Shown: piece by piece, positions 8,951 to 19,265 of the stretch
Layout of the letters: every line of letters begins with the position of its first letter
Numbering within the stretch: position 1 is the first letter of the stretch
Assembly: GCA_041663145.1 (NCBI GenBank)
Contig: JBAZRG010000003.1
Location: forward strand, 1,000 to 64,999
Length of the DNA: 64,000 nucleotides
Direction: 5' to 3'
From: Minisyncoccota bacterium
GTDB taxonomy: Bacteria > Patescibacteriota > Minisyncoccia > Phycocordibacterales > PALSA-1337
The notes under the pieces: generated by a model
The model's database searches: none
The model's input: the letters and a program-made list of their open reading frames with translations, nothing else
Told to the model about the DNA's origin: nothing
Made by a program: the position numbers and the translations under genes

Positions 8951-9368
8951 AATTACTTTTTTATATTAGTCGTGTCAAAACCGATACATTCTTTTTTTGG
9001 TTCTGATGGTGGCGTCATCAATGCGTCTAGTATCTTATATGTTTTGTTTAATGGTAAATATCTACGACCACTATGCTTTTCTAGACTTGAGGTCGCAATT
9101 TGCGACCTCAAGTTATAATGTTTGAGAGATTCTAATTATTCAATTTGCGATAGTAAGCACCACTAGACAAAATGATAATTTTATTGACTTGTGTATAGAA
9201 AAATAGTACCATTAATAACAGTTAAAAAATATATAAGCATGCAAAGCTCAAACGAGTCTAGCGACAATTCCGTCACAGATTCAACGAGTTCAATTCATTC
9301 ATTCATTGACAGTCAAACATTCAATCAAGGAAAATAACAATGAAAGATATAAATAAAGAGGTGGGGCA

Positions 9369-10052
9369 ATGAATCTCAAGGAGCAAGTTGAGAAGTTCCG
9401 AAAGAGCTTCACTCGACAAGGTTTCGACAAAGACGATATAGATATCGCACTCGATCTGTTTGCGGCTCTTGCCAGTCTCGATCAGGCTCTCTTTCCTGGT
9501 AATATCGCTGATATCCAGTTGTGTCTCGTGTCGAGCAAGAAGAAGTTCTATGCCCAGTACTGCAAGCCCGTAAAAGGCAGACAGAAAGAGCATTACACGA
9601 TCTTCGTGCCCGGTCAGCATAACCTTTGGAAGGAGGACTCCAAAATAGTCTTCATTCAAGAAAAAGGCGGTCGAGTCACCGTTTGTCCAGCGGAAAAACA
9701 TCGCAAACTCACTAAAAAGGAATTTGCTTATACCACGGCGGTCCACGAAGTGAGACATCGGTTGCAATTCCAGTACGGAAAGCGCTTGAAGAAATTCAAT
9801 GCTTGGACATGGAAGCGAGCACGGCATCCGCTTCTTCGGAAACTTGGGAAATTCGTCTATCACCTCAATAAGGAACAGAGGAGACTTATGATCAGAGACG
9901 GACTCAGAAAGCAGTTCGCCAGGATACATACGAACAGCAAAGAATTTGACTCGATATTCATAGAGTACCTTGTTTTACATCGGCTTCCGAGCATACACAG
10001 TCGCAGTGATCTCCTGAAGCTCATGAAGGTAGGACCGAGATCAGTTATTTAA
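9369..10052 (+). CDS. hypothetical protein with HExxH (HEVRH) zinc-metalloprotease-like motif; GC-rich relative to genome
   Basis: Strong SD aaagaggtgg 6 nt upstream; terminator follows at 10062-10093. Overlapping minus ORF 9321..9929 judged spurious. Confidence 0.5.
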   Translation: MNLKEQVEKFRKSFTRQGFDKDDIDIALDLFAALASLDQALFPGNIADIQLCLVSSKKKFYAQYCKPVKGRQKEHYTIFVPGQHNLWKEDSKIVFIQEKGGRVTVCPAEKHRKLTKKEFAYTTAVHEVRHRLQFQYGKRLKKFNAWTWKRARHPLLRKLGKFVYHLNKEQRRLMIRDGLRKQFARIHTNSKEFDSIFIEYLVLHRLPSIHSRSDLLKLMKVGPRSVI

Positions 10053-10061
10053 CCAATACGC

Positions 10062-10093
10062 GAGACCGGGGAGAAATTCTCGGTCTTTTTTAT
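10062..10093 (+). terminator. Rho-independent terminator
   Basis: gagaccg-loop-cggtctc followed by tttttta. Confidence 0.65.
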
Positions 10094-10202
10094 CTCAATT
10101 CATTGAAATGCTTAATCCTTCCCACAATCTGGTTCCAATTCCATCTTACCGGGCACGATTAGCTATAAGTCTTATTGTGGTATCATTTTGATGAATAAAT
10201 AA

Positions 10203-12266
10203 ATGAATTTTAGCTTCCACAAATCTTTTATATTGGCGTTATGTATACTTTCGGTGGTTTTTACCTGTTTCCCATCACAGATTGTTCATGGGCAAACAAA
10301 AAATTATGAGAAATTGTTTTATATTGTTGATGGTAAAAACGGTTTAGAAAGTTTTAAGAAGAATATTAAACTAATAGATATCATTGCCCCACAAAGTTAT
10401 ACAGTTCATGCTGATTTAACCATATCAGGTTCAGTGAGTAATGAAATAAAAAATATTGCAAAAGTTAATAATATCAAAATTATTCCCCTTATTGTGAATG
10501 CTGGCTTTAGTCAGAAAATAATTCACGATATTGTAACAGCATCAAATGCTACCCAAAACAGAATCATCGATTTCATGATTAATGAGGCTCAAAAAAATAA
10601 TTATAGTGGGTGGCAATTCGACTTTGAACATATTAGTTACACAGATAGGGATGCTTATAGCAATTTTGTAGAGAAAACATATTCAATATTTGGGAAAAAC
10701 AATTTGTCATTGAGTATTGCAGCTGTTGCCCGTATAAACGACGATAAAACTGATTTTTATAAAAATTGGAGTGGAGCATTCGATTATGAAAGATTGGCAA
10801 AAACTCTAGATTTTATAAGTATAATGACCTACGATGATCCAAACTCAAAAGGTCCTGCGGCATCGATGCCGTTTGTGGAAGATGTCTATGTATATCTCAG
10901 AGATAAAATACCACCAGATAAGCTGTCTTTGGGTGTACCATTTTATTACTGGGGATGGAGTGTAGACCCTTTCAAGCGTGTTCGTTCTGGAGGAACTTAC
11001 GAACGATTGGAATATCTACGTTCAGCATTTAAGGTGGTAGAGGGATTTGATATGAATCTTAAAGTACCTTATCTGAAATATGTGACGGAAGGAAAAGAAT
11101 ATGTTGTATGGCATGAAGACGGTCGAAGCTTTGTCGAGAAAATGAATTTCATGAAAAGGAATAACTTACGTGGATTTTCGGCTTGGGTTCTTGGTCTGGA
11201 AAACCCAGGCATCTGGAATGTTATCAAGAGGGATTTAACCTCTCCGATAATCGATCAAAATAGGAGTGAAATCCAAACAAAAATAAAAGAGATGACCCTT
11301 GAAGAAAAAATCGGCCAAATATTTTTGGTAGGCATATTCACTAATGATAGCAATGCTATACTCGAAAAACTCATTACTGATAAAAAAATCGGCTCCGTTA
11401 TTTTGATGAATCAGAATATCAGAAATAAGAAAGTCCTAGACATTACTAGACGCCTTCAAAACATAGCTTCTAGCACACATCAGCCTCCACTTCTGATATC
11501 GATAGATCAAGAAGGTGGTATTGTTTCTCGTATCACCGATACAGATTCAAACCTCACTTCCGAACCCGAAATAAAGGATTCAACCCAGGCTTATAATGTG
11601 GCACTGGCTCGTGGGAAAGAACTTTATGCAAAAGGAATTAACGTAAATTTTGCACCCGTACTCGAATATATCACGAACCCGTCATCTTTTTTGTATCACA
11701 GAGTTTTTCGAGGCTCAAAAGAGAACGTCACTGCGTATGGAGAAAATATGGTTCGAGGATACCAAGATGCTGGGATAGCTGCTACCGTCAAACATTTTCC
11801 TGGCCATGACGACATTTCAGTTGATTCTCATAAAAATTTACCTATTTCCACAGTTGATAAGAAAGGCCTTCCTGAGTACATGAGTATTTTTAAAGCAGTT
11901 ATTGAAAAAGGGAAACCTATGATGGTTATGACAGCGCATGTGTTATTCACTAAAATCGACCCTGTTTATCCTGCAACGTTGTCGCCGATATTTATTAAAA
12001 TACTGCGAGAAGACTATGGTTATGAGGGCATTATTATTACTGATGATATGAACATGGGAGCAATTACAAAAAGTTTTGGCATTAAAGAGAGTGCTGTACA
12101 AGCTATCAAAGCTGGCAATGATATTCTTTTGTACGTTGCTTCAGTAGAAACGATCAATACAGCGTATCAATCAGTACTCAATGCTGTTCGAGATGGGCAT
12201 ATTAGTGAGGAAAGAATTGACTCAAGTGTGTACAGAGTTTTGAACTTAAAAGAAAAATTACAATAG
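10203..12266 (+). CDS. secreted two-domain glycoside hydrolase: N-terminal GH18-like (YdhD/chitinase-like) + C-terminal GH3 beta-N-acetylhexosaminidase (NagZ-like)
   Basis: Signal peptide; degenerate GH18 motif SGWQFDFEH; GH3 motifs KHFPGHDD and GYEGIIITDDMNMGA. Confidence 0.65.
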   Translation: MNFSFHKSFILALCILSVVFTCFPSQIVHGQTKNYEKLFYIVDGKNGLESFKKNIKLIDIIAPQSYTVHADLTISGSVSNEIKNIAKVNNIKIIPLIVNAGFSQKIIHDIVTASNATQNRIIDFMINEAQKNNYSGWQFDFEHISYTDRDAYSNFVEKTYSIFGKNNLSLSIAAVARINDDKTDFYKNWSGAFDYERLAKTLDFISIMTYDDPNSKGPAASMPFVEDVYVYLRDKIPPDKLSLGVPFYYWGWSVDPFKRVRSGGTYERLEYLRSAFKVVEGFDMNLKVPYLKYVTEGKEYVVWHEDGRSFVEKMNFMKRNNLRGFSAWVLGLENPGIWNVIKRDLTSPIIDQNRSEIQTKIKEMTLEEKIGQIFLVGIFTNDSNAILEKLITDKKIGSVILMNQNIRNKKVLDITRRLQNIASSTHQPPLLISIDQEGGIVSRITDTDSNLTSEPEIKDSTQAYNVALARGKELYAKGINVNFAPVLEYITNPSSFLYHRVFRGSKENVTAYGENMVRGYQDAGIAATVKHFPGHDDISVDSHKNLPISTVDKKGLPEYMSIFKAVIEKGKPMMVMTAHVLFTKIDPVYPATLSPIFIKILREDYGYEGIIITDDMNMGAITKSFGIKESAVQAIKAGNDILLYVASVETINTAYQSVLNAVRDGHISEERIDSSVYRVLNLKEKLQ

Positions 12267-12341
12267 TTCTTCCAGTGTGAGGCACCACCTCTTATCTGAA
12301 GTCAATATTGATTTTATTGTTGGTAATGAGAAAATTGGGGT

Positions 12342-13163
12342 ATGGAAGCTATTACCAAAATCGCCATATTCAAAAAGAAACAGATACGCAAGACACTGCA
12401 TGAGAATGAGTGGTGGTTTGTCATTGTTGATGTGATTGAGGCTTTGACTGATTCAATTGATCCAAGACAATATTTAAAGAACATATTAAATCGAGATGAG
12501 GAATTATCTAAAGGGTGGGGTCAAATTGAACACCCCCTTTCAATAAACACAGCAGGAGGCCCACAAAAAATGCTTTGCGCAAATACTGAAGGTATTTTTA
12601 GAATTATTCAATCTATTCCTTCTCCAAAGGCGGAACCATTTAAGCGGTGGTTAGCTAAAGTCGGATATGAGCGCATTCAGGAGATAGAAAATCCTGAACT
12701 GGCGACAAAAAGAACTCGATTACTTTATAAGCTAAAAGGATACTCAGACAATTGGATCGAGAAAAGGATGCGAGGTATCGCTATTCGCGAGGAATTGACC
12801 GACGAATGGAAAAGACGTGGAGCACAGGAACAGAGAGATTATGAAATATTGACGGCTGAGATTTCCAAAGCAACCTTTGGAATAACGCCAGATGATTACA
12901 AAAAACTCAAAGGCTTAAAGCGTCAAAATTTACGAGATCATATGGACGACTTCGAGCTGATTTTTACTATGCTTGGAGAAAGATCCACAACAGAAATCCA
13001 CCGCCAAGAAAAATCGCTCGGAGTACCAAAGCTCAAAATGGATGCAAATCGTGGAGGAAAGATTGCAGGTGTTGCTCGAAAAGAACTAGAAAAGGAATTG
13101 GGAAGATCTGTGGTTTCAAAGAAGAATTTTCTTGAAAAAAGCAAACGCAAATTGATACGCTGA
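12342..13163 (+). CDS. DinD-like DNA-damage-inducible protein (Bro-N/DinD family)
   Basis: ISKATFGITPDDYKKLKGLKRQNLRDHMDDFELIFTMLGERSTTEI aligns to E. coli DinD TATDFAIFQNHGYQGLYGGL...ILDHMGSTELAANLF. Confidence 0.65.
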   Translation: MEAITKIAIFKKKQIRKTLHENEWWFVIVDVIEALTDSIDPRQYLKNILNRDEELSKGWGQIEHPLSINTAGGPQKMLCANTEGIFRIIQSIPSPKAEPFKRWLAKVGYERIQEIENPELATKRTRLLYKLKGYSDNWIEKRMRGIAIREELTDEWKRRGAQEQRDYEILTAEISKATFGITPDDYKKLKGLKRQNLRDHMDDFELIFTMLGERSTTEIHRQEKSLGVPKLKMDANRGGKIAGVARKELEKELGRSVVSKKNFLEKSKRKLIR

Positions 13164-13174
13164 TTGTTGTGACC

Positions 13175-13639
13175 TCAAAACCCGAACCTCTCCAGAACAT
13201 GCTTTAGGAATGGTTCATGATGCTCGGTTTCGGCAATGAAATTTTGCATTGTTTCGCGGACTGCTTCTGCATCGACTTCATCTATATAGATCACAATATA
13301 GGGCATGAAAGTTTTGCGAGACTTCAAGATCAGTTTGGCGGGGACTTCATCGTGAGGTATCCAGAATGAATCAATGGAAAGGAAAGAGTAAAGCGTATTG
13401 CCGACAATGATGCCTCGATCGTTGATTTCGTGATAGACGTGATTTGGATGTTTGGAAGCGTTGAGGACGAGCGCAACAGCGGCGATCAGTACAAAAATAC
13501 CGGTTATGATATTACCAAAGATAAACGCTACAACCGCGAGTGCTAGAGTGATGATGCCCACAGCCCAATACCAATCAGGAGATTTTTCTCTGTGAATATG
13601 CTCTGGAGCATTCCAGGAAATGAGAGCTTCGGTTGCCAT
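13175..13639 (-). CDS. hypothetical membrane protein
   Basis: Two central TM helices; no family assigned. Confidence 0.45.
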   Translation of the reverse strand: MATEALISWNAPEHIHREKSPDWYWAVGIITLALAVVAFIFGNIITGIFVLIAAVALVLNASKHPNHVYHEINDRGIIVGNTLYSFLSIDSFWIPHDEVPAKLILKSRKTFMPYIVIYIDEVDAEAVRETMQNFIAETEHHEPFLKHVLERFGF

Positions 13640-13695
13640 GGCCTAATTGTACTATAAACACGACTGGCTTGAAATAGAATATAATAGAGGACATT

Positions 13696-15102
13696 ATGAA
13701 ATGGTATGTAATATCGATTCTGTTCTTGAGCGCTCTTTGCCATTTTATTTTCTTTGGTCATCCGCCGGAAGTGGTATTTGATGAAGTGCATTTTGGACGA
13801 TTTTCTTCGGCGTATGAGACCGGAGAATTTTTCTTCGATATTCATCCTCCGCTCGGCAAATTATTGATCAGTACTGCTGGACATGTCTCTGGTTTTGAAG
13901 CTACTTCGATGAATTACGATACTATCGGTAATAGTTTTACTGATTCTGGTTATGTTTGGTACAGAATATTACCGATCTTATCTGGATTGTTTTTACCATT
14001 AGTAATATTTTTTCTTTGTCTCAAACTATCATTTTCTAAGCATGCAGCTTTATTCGCAGCCCTTGCGGTGATATTTGAAAATTCATTATTGGTTCAATCA
14101 CGTTTTATATTTTTGGACAGCTTCTTATTGCTTTTCGGTTTCTCGGCTTTGTTGTTTTATTTCACATCTAGAAATTCCAGCTTGATTCGTCCCGCACGCT
14201 TCAATTACTTATTGTCCGCGATATTTGTCGGCTTAGCCGTAAGTGTTAAGTGGACTGGTCTATCATTTTTAGCAATCATCATTCTTGTCGAAACATGGAG
14301 ATTGATACGCAATATAAAGGATTGGAGTGTTTGGAAAAAGTGGATTTATCGGATCTTCAGTCTGCTCGGCATTGTATTTGTGGTTTATTACATAATATTT
14401 GCTATTCATTTCACATTATTATCAAAATCGGGAACAGGGGACGCTTTCATGTCGGCTGAATTTCAAAAGACTTTGATCGGCAGTAAATACGAATCTTTGT
14501 CAGATATAAAATCAAAAGGTATGCCTAGTAAATTTATTGAATTGAATATAGAGATGTACAAAGCTAATAAAAACCTGACTGCGACGCACGACTATTCGAG
14601 CAAATGGTATAGCTGGCCATTTATGCAAAGACCGATCTATTACTGGGTAGCGTCGGATGATTCCGCTACTGGGGTAAAAGATGAAGTAAAAACAGAATCA
14701 AAAATATATTTACTCGGCAATCCGCTTGTGTATTGGTCAGGGGCCATATCTGTGGTGTTGCTCGCACTCACGTTAATTTTCCGACATCCTTCTCTACGTG
14801 ATAAAAAAGATAGGCGCGTTGGTCTTTTATTACTATTTGGTTTTCTTATAAATTGGCTACCATTCGCTCTTATTGGACGAGTCATGTTCCTGTATCATTA
14901 TCTTGCCGCGCTTATTTTCTCTATTCTCATCATGGCATATCTGATCGATAAGATAGATGAGAGAAAAACTCGTTTGAGGGTCGGCATTATTCTAATTGCT
15001 TTATTTGCGATAGGTTTTATTTTCTACAGTCCTTTGACTTATGGATTACCAATGACTCCTGGAGAACAAGAAGTACGATTGATATTCAATTCATGGAAAT
15101 AA
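13696..15102 (+). CDS. GT39-family (PMT/ArnT-like) dolichyl/polyprenyl-phosphate-mannose protein mannosyltransferase
   Basis: DEVHFGRFSSAYETGEFFFDIHPPLGKLL is the PMT loop-1 DE motif region; about 11 TM helices. Confidence 0.7.
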   Translation: MKWYVISILFLSALCHFIFFGHPPEVVFDEVHFGRFSSAYETGEFFFDIHPPLGKLLISTAGHVSGFEATSMNYDTIGNSFTDSGYVWYRILPILSGLFLPLVIFFLCLKLSFSKHAALFAALAVIFENSLLVQSRFIFLDSFLLLFGFSALLFYFTSRNSSLIRPARFNYLLSAIFVGLAVSVKWTGLSFLAIIILVETWRLIRNIKDWSVWKKWIYRIFSLLGIVFVVYYIIFAIHFTLLSKSGTGDAFMSAEFQKTLIGSKYESLSDIKSKGMPSKFIELNIEMYKANKNLTATHDYSSKWYSWPFMQRPIYYWVASDDSATGVKDEVKTESKIYLLGNPLVYWSGAISVVLLALTLIFRHPSLRDKKDRRVGLLLLFGFLINWLPFALIGRVMFLYHYLAALIFSILIMAYLIDKIDERKTRLRVGIILIALFAIGFIFYSPLTYGLPMTPGEQEVRLIFNSWK

Positions 15103-15106
15103 AAAT

Positions 15107-16759
15107 ATGGAATTTCTCAGATCAAAAAAACATATCATTCTAGCTTGCGTAGCATTTATCATGATGGCGATACTCACGTTGTCTCTGCTCTCTTCACATA
15201 TGCTCGAGCCAAAGAGTGATGGCTTATATTCTGGTGGTTCGACTTGGGGTGACTCGGCTTGGCATATGAGTATCATATCGAGCATCAATGAGAGGGGATT
15301 GTCCGCAACATTATCGAACAATCCTATATATGCTGGACTTTCGATGTCATATCCATTTTTACCCGATATGTTGAGTTCGTTGCTCATGAATATCGGCTTA
15401 TCTTTGCGCAGTTCACTTTTATGGCCCGCTTTCTTTGTAACGATGATAGCTCTTTCGCTAATGTATTTTGTTACTTTGAAAATGACAAAGAGTCATAACG
15501 GAGCATTATTAGTCCCCATCCTTTTTGTATTTAACGGTACTTTTTGGTCGATAAAATATTTTACGCGCGACTTGATCGACAGTGGTAAATCCCTGGGGGG
15601 ATTCTTGCAGGCGATGCCCCTTAATTACGCACATCTCGCCGAGGTTGCTAATATTCGTTTTTCGAATGTTATGTCCGACTATATCTTGCCTCAAAGATCT
15701 TTCGTTTTTGGTCTGGCTATCGGGCTTGTTGCTGTCTATTTTCTCTGGAGATATTGGCAGGATAAAAAAGAAAAGGATCTTCTATATACGTCTTTGACAT
15801 TATCAGCTATGCCTCTTGTTCACACTCATTCATTTTTAGCTCTGGGGATGGTGTCATTCTTTCTTTTTTGTGGAGAGATCATAGTATTTGTGAAGGAAAA
15901 GAATCGGCAAGGCATTATCACGGTCTTAAAACGTTGGAGTATTTATTTCGGTTTACCAATCATCTTATTGGCTTTGCCGCAATTCTTGCTTATTTTTCCA
16001 TTTGATAAGGAAAGTTTCATCAGGTTTCAGATCGGTTGGGCTCATGGAGATGAAAACATCCTTTATTTTTGGATAAAGAATCTATTCCCGTATTTATTTG
16101 TTTTTGCTTTTGCCTATAGATTTGCTCCACTAAAGATTCGTACATTCTACAATGCCTTTCTAGGAGTATTTATCGTTACGAATATTATACTTTTTCAGCC
16201 ACACATATACGACAATATGAAATTTATGCTTTGGTGGTTTATTTTGAGTCTGATATTGACTGTCATATTCTTTAAAAAATTGATAGAAAAATGGTCATGG
16301 AAAGGGAGGGTTGTTGTAGCGATTATGATTTTTACCATGACTTTTATAGGCGCAGTTTCTGTTTATCGGGAGACTCGTCTATCGGATAGGCTTTTCTCCA
16401 ACGATGATCTAATTATTTCTGATTTTGTCCGCAATAATACCGATCCTGCCAGTGTTTTCTTGACCAGTACAAAACATAACAATCCGATAACTTGTCTCTC
16501 TGGACGAGCAGTAATGATCGGTTATATGGGTTGGTTATGGACTCACGGTATCAATTATGGCGATCGGTTCGATGAGATGAAGAAAATATTTTCTGGTAAG
16601 GATGATGGAACATTGGTGACGAAATACAAGATAGACTATATATTGTTGGATAATAAAGCCGTTGAGGAATATGATGCTGATCAGGAGTATTTGGATAAAA
16701 CATACAAGAAGATATATAGTGATGATTCATATATGTTATACAAAATAAACAATGATTGA
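15107..16759 (+). CDS. polytopic membrane protein, putative glycosyltransferase (GT39/GT83-like) partner
   Basis: More than 12 TM helices; adjacent and co-oriented with GT39 and GT2 genes; weak similarity only. Confidence 0.4.
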   Translation: MEFLRSKKHIILACVAFIMMAILTLSLLSSHMLEPKSDGLYSGGSTWGDSAWHMSIISSINERGLSATLSNNPIYAGLSMSYPFLPDMLSSLLMNIGLSLRSSLLWPAFFVTMIALSLMYFVTLKMTKSHNGALLVPILFVFNGTFWSIKYFTRDLIDSGKSLGGFLQAMPLNYAHLAEVANIRFSNVMSDYILPQRSFVFGLAIGLVAVYFLWRYWQDKKEKDLLYTSLTLSAMPLVHTHSFLALGMVSFFLFCGEIIVFVKEKNRQGIITVLKRWSIYFGLPIILLALPQFLLIFPFDKESFIRFQIGWAHGDENILYFWIKNLFPYLFVFAFAYRFAPLKIRTFYNAFLGVFIVTNIILFQPHIYDNMKFMLWWFILSLILTVIFFKKLIEKWSWKGRVVVAIMIFTMTFIGAVSVYRETRLSDRLFSNDDLIISDFVRNNTDPASVFLTSTKHNNPITCLSGRAVMIGYMGWLWTHGINYGDRFDEMKKIFSGKDDGTLVTKYKIDYILLDNKAVEEYDADQEYLDKTYKKIYSDDSYMLYKINND

Positions 16760-17849
16760 ATTATCGGTAATAATTCCGGCCTTCAATGAGGCTGGTCAAA
16801 TAGAAAAGACACTTCGAAATGTGAGTAGTTATTTGGAGTCGCAGTCATACAGTTATGAAATAATCGTAGTCAATGACGGTTCTAGAGATTCCACGTCTAC
16901 GATTGTTGATAAATTGACGGAAAGTATAAAAAATCTGAGACAGATTAGCTATGAAGAAAATAGGGGTAAAGGTTATGCGGTAAGAACTGGCATGAGATCG
17001 GCAACAGGGAAGCGTCGTCTCTTTATGGATGCCGACGGATCTACTCCGATATCCGAAGTCGCCCAACTTCGAAAGTTTATAGATGAAGGATACGATGTGG
17101 TCGTTGGCTCGAGAAGAGTCCAAGGATCGAAGATCAATATCGATCAACCTCCATACCGTCTCTTTCTGGGTTGGATCTTTCGAACACTCATCATGACAGT
17201 TGTGAATCTCGATGTTCGTGATTCACAAAATGGTTTCAAATTGTTTTCGAGTGAGGCGGCCGATGCGCTATTTTCCAGGCAAACTATAAATGGTTGGGCT
17301 TTTGATGTGGAAGTGTTGGCACTGGCTCAATTGCTAGGGTTCAAAATAAAGGAAGTACCAATAGAGTGGACGGACGATCGCCATAGTAAGATGACTCTGT
17401 TCGGCATGTTCAAGATGTTGATCGAGGTTGCATGGATAAAATACACTATTCAAAAATTGAAATTATTGATGTTTGGACGTTTTGTTGTGGTTGGCACGGT
17501 AGGGTATTTGGTGAATGCTTTGTTTCTGGAACTGTTTCCACGAATCATAAATATTGAACCGTTGATCTGGATATTGGCGACCGAGATGGCTATTATCAGT
17601 AATTTTATCTGGAATAATGTTTGGACCTTTGGTGAAAAGAAAATTGTCGGCGCAAAGTCCGTGGCAAAAAAGTTTGGTCAGTTCAATCTGACTTCAGGCG
17701 GAGCTCTCATCATCCAAACAGTTTTGGGTACGGTAGGAGTCGCTATCTTTGGAGCTGAATACCGACAATTGATCTTGCCAGTCATAATTCTTTTGGCAGT
17801 GGTTCCGTATAATTGGTATATGTATAGGAAGTATATTTGGAGGGTGTAG
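16752..17849 (+). CDS. GT2 polyprenol-phosphate mannose/glucose synthase (Dpm1/Ppm1-like) fused to C-terminal GtrA-like membrane domain
   Basis: IIPAFNEAG...VVNDGSRD...DADG GT2 DxD region; C-terminal four TM helices with GtrA-like sequence. Confidence 0.75.
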   Translation: MIELSVIIPAFNEAGQIEKTLRNVSSYLESQSYSYEIIVVNDGSRDSTSTIVDKLTESIKNLRQISYEENRGKGYAVRTGMRSATGKRRLFMDADGSTPISEVAQLRKFIDEGYDVVVGSRRVQGSKINIDQPPYRLFLGWIFRTLIMTVVNLDVRDSQNGFKLFSSEAADALFSRQTINGWAFDVEVLALAQLLGFKIKEVPIEWTDDRHSKMTLFGMFKMLIEVAWIKYTIQKLKLLMFGRFVVVGTVGYLVNALFLELFPRIINIEPLIWILATEMAIISNFIWNNVWTFGEKKIVGAKSVAKKFGQFNLTSGGALIIQTVLGTVGVAIFGAEYRQLILPVIILLAVVPYNWYMYRKYIWRV

Positions 17850-17911
17850 CCGCTTATTTTTCTTGAAATACAAAGTGAATTGGCGTAAAGTGATTTCATA
17901 AAGATAAACTA

Positions 17912-18409
17912 ATGACCGAACTACACTTTACACATTGGACATCAGAGGATAGGATGACACTTGGCAAAGCCCGAACATTCAAGGATTTGGCGGACTTAGC
18001 CATTTCAATTATTGCCCGAATGCCTAGCGGAATAGAAATGGTTTCCGGACCAATTTCAACAGGTGGCGTGGGAAGCATCGAAGGAAATCGAAAAGTGTTC
18101 GAGAATGTAATCGAGATCCTTGTAAATGAACACAAAGCAAACATCTTTAGTCAGATGCCATTTGAAGACAAAATGGTTGAATTCTACAGAGTTTGGCATG
18201 CCGAGCATCCAGAGGAAAAGTATTGCACCCCTATACTCGATGATTTCTATGAACGGATTTTTTCCAGCGGAAAGATCAAAACACTTCATTTTATCAATGG
18301 TTGGGAATCGTCATTTGGAGCGAAATGGGAGCATGATAACTGTGTTCGCTGGAACATAACACGTCAGTATCTTTCAGCAGAACTTTCAGAGAGAGCTTTG
18401 ACCTTATGA
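17912..18409 (+). CDS. hypothetical protein
   Basis: 165-aa ORF translationally coupled (ATGA) to the downstream NUDIX gene. Confidence 0.45.
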   Translation: MTELHFTHWTSEDRMTLGKARTFKDLADLAISIIARMPSGIEMVSGPISTGGVGSIEGNRKVFENVIEILVNEHKANIFSQMPFEDKMVEFYRVWHAEHPEEKYCTPILDDFYERIFSSGKIKTLHFINGWESSFGAKWEHDNCVRWNITRQYLSAELSERALTL

Positions 18410-18957
18410 AAATCGCAACTCACATAGGAAACGTGACCATAGTGCTTGATAGGACACTTGGTCAAGATGATCCTCAAATCCTCATTGGGCTTAAAAAACC
18501 AAAAGGGAAAAAGGATGGGAAGCGGAAACGCAAAAGAATAGGTGTTGGACGCTGGGTACCACCAGGTGGTGCTACCGAGAATGATGATAAGAGTCAGAAA
18601 CACGCGGCACAAAGAGAGCTTCGCCAGGAGACAGGATTAGACTTTCCTTTAAAGCTTTTTCAAAAGGTTGGTGTCCTCCGGGGATATATAAATTCGACCG
18701 ACATACCGACTTGGCTCGTCCACATCTACTTGGTTGATGCTTCGGAAAGAGAAAAGACATTTGTGCCTAATGAAGAATATGTCGAAATGCGTTGGTTCAA
18801 GTTATCCAAACTGCCATTTGAAAAAATGTTGCAGGGAGACAGAAACTGGCTACCAAAAATAGCGAAAGGCCAGAAACTGTCGATCAGGATTGTTGCCAAC
18901 GAAAATGCCGACAGAGCCTTCTCGATAGACATTCGACCGATCCATTCTTTCAATTAA
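18406..18957 (+). CDS. NUDIX hydrolase
   Basis: Nudix box GGATENDDKSQKHAAQRELRQETG (Gx5Ex7REUxEExGU). Confidence 0.75.
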   Translation: MKIATHIGNVTIVLDRTLGQDDPQILIGLKKPKGKKDGKRKRKRIGVGRWVPPGGATENDDKSQKHAAQRELRQETGLDFPLKLFQKVGVLRGYINSTDIPTWLVHIYLVDASEREKTFVPNEEYVEMRWFKLSKLPFEKMLQGDRNWLPKIAKGQKLSIRIVANENADRAFSIDIRPIHSFN

Positions 18958-18979
18958 ATCCTAGATCGCAAGAAGACAC

Positions 18980-19006
18980 AGGCCGACTCATCCTCGGCCT
19001 TTTTTG
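18980..19006 (+). terminator. Rho-independent terminator
   Basis: aggccga-ctcatcc-tcggcct followed by tttttt. Confidence 0.7.
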
Positions 19007-19117
19007 TTACTTTCTTTGTCTATGTACCTACATCACTTTCGAAAAGTGATGCGCTTAGGGATAAGACTAAAACAGCGAAGGTCGCATACGCTTCTTCGAA
19101 GCTATGGCGACCGAAGG

Positions 19118-19204
19118 CGGATGGGGTGAGATTCGAACTCACGGCCCCCTTGCGAGGGCGACGGTTTTCAAGACCGTTGCCTTAGACCACTCAGCCACCC
19201 ATCC
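19118..19204 (-). tRNA. tRNA-Ser (anticodon TGA), long variable arm
   Basis: Reverse complement GGATGGGTGGCTGAGTGGTCTAAGGCAACGGTCTTGAAAACCGTCGCCCTCGCAAGGGGGCCGTGAGTTCGAATCTCACCCCATCCG. Confidence 0.8.
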
Positions 19205-19265
19205 ATAACGTCATAATAAGGGAAAATCCATTGTTCTGCAACGATTTTGCTGTTATTGTTATCGG

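Noticed and set aside
9321-9929. 202-aa minus-strand ORF overlapping the HExxH gene
   Set aside because: The plus-strand ORF has a strong SD, a downstream terminator and a recognisable motif; the antisense frame is compositional.
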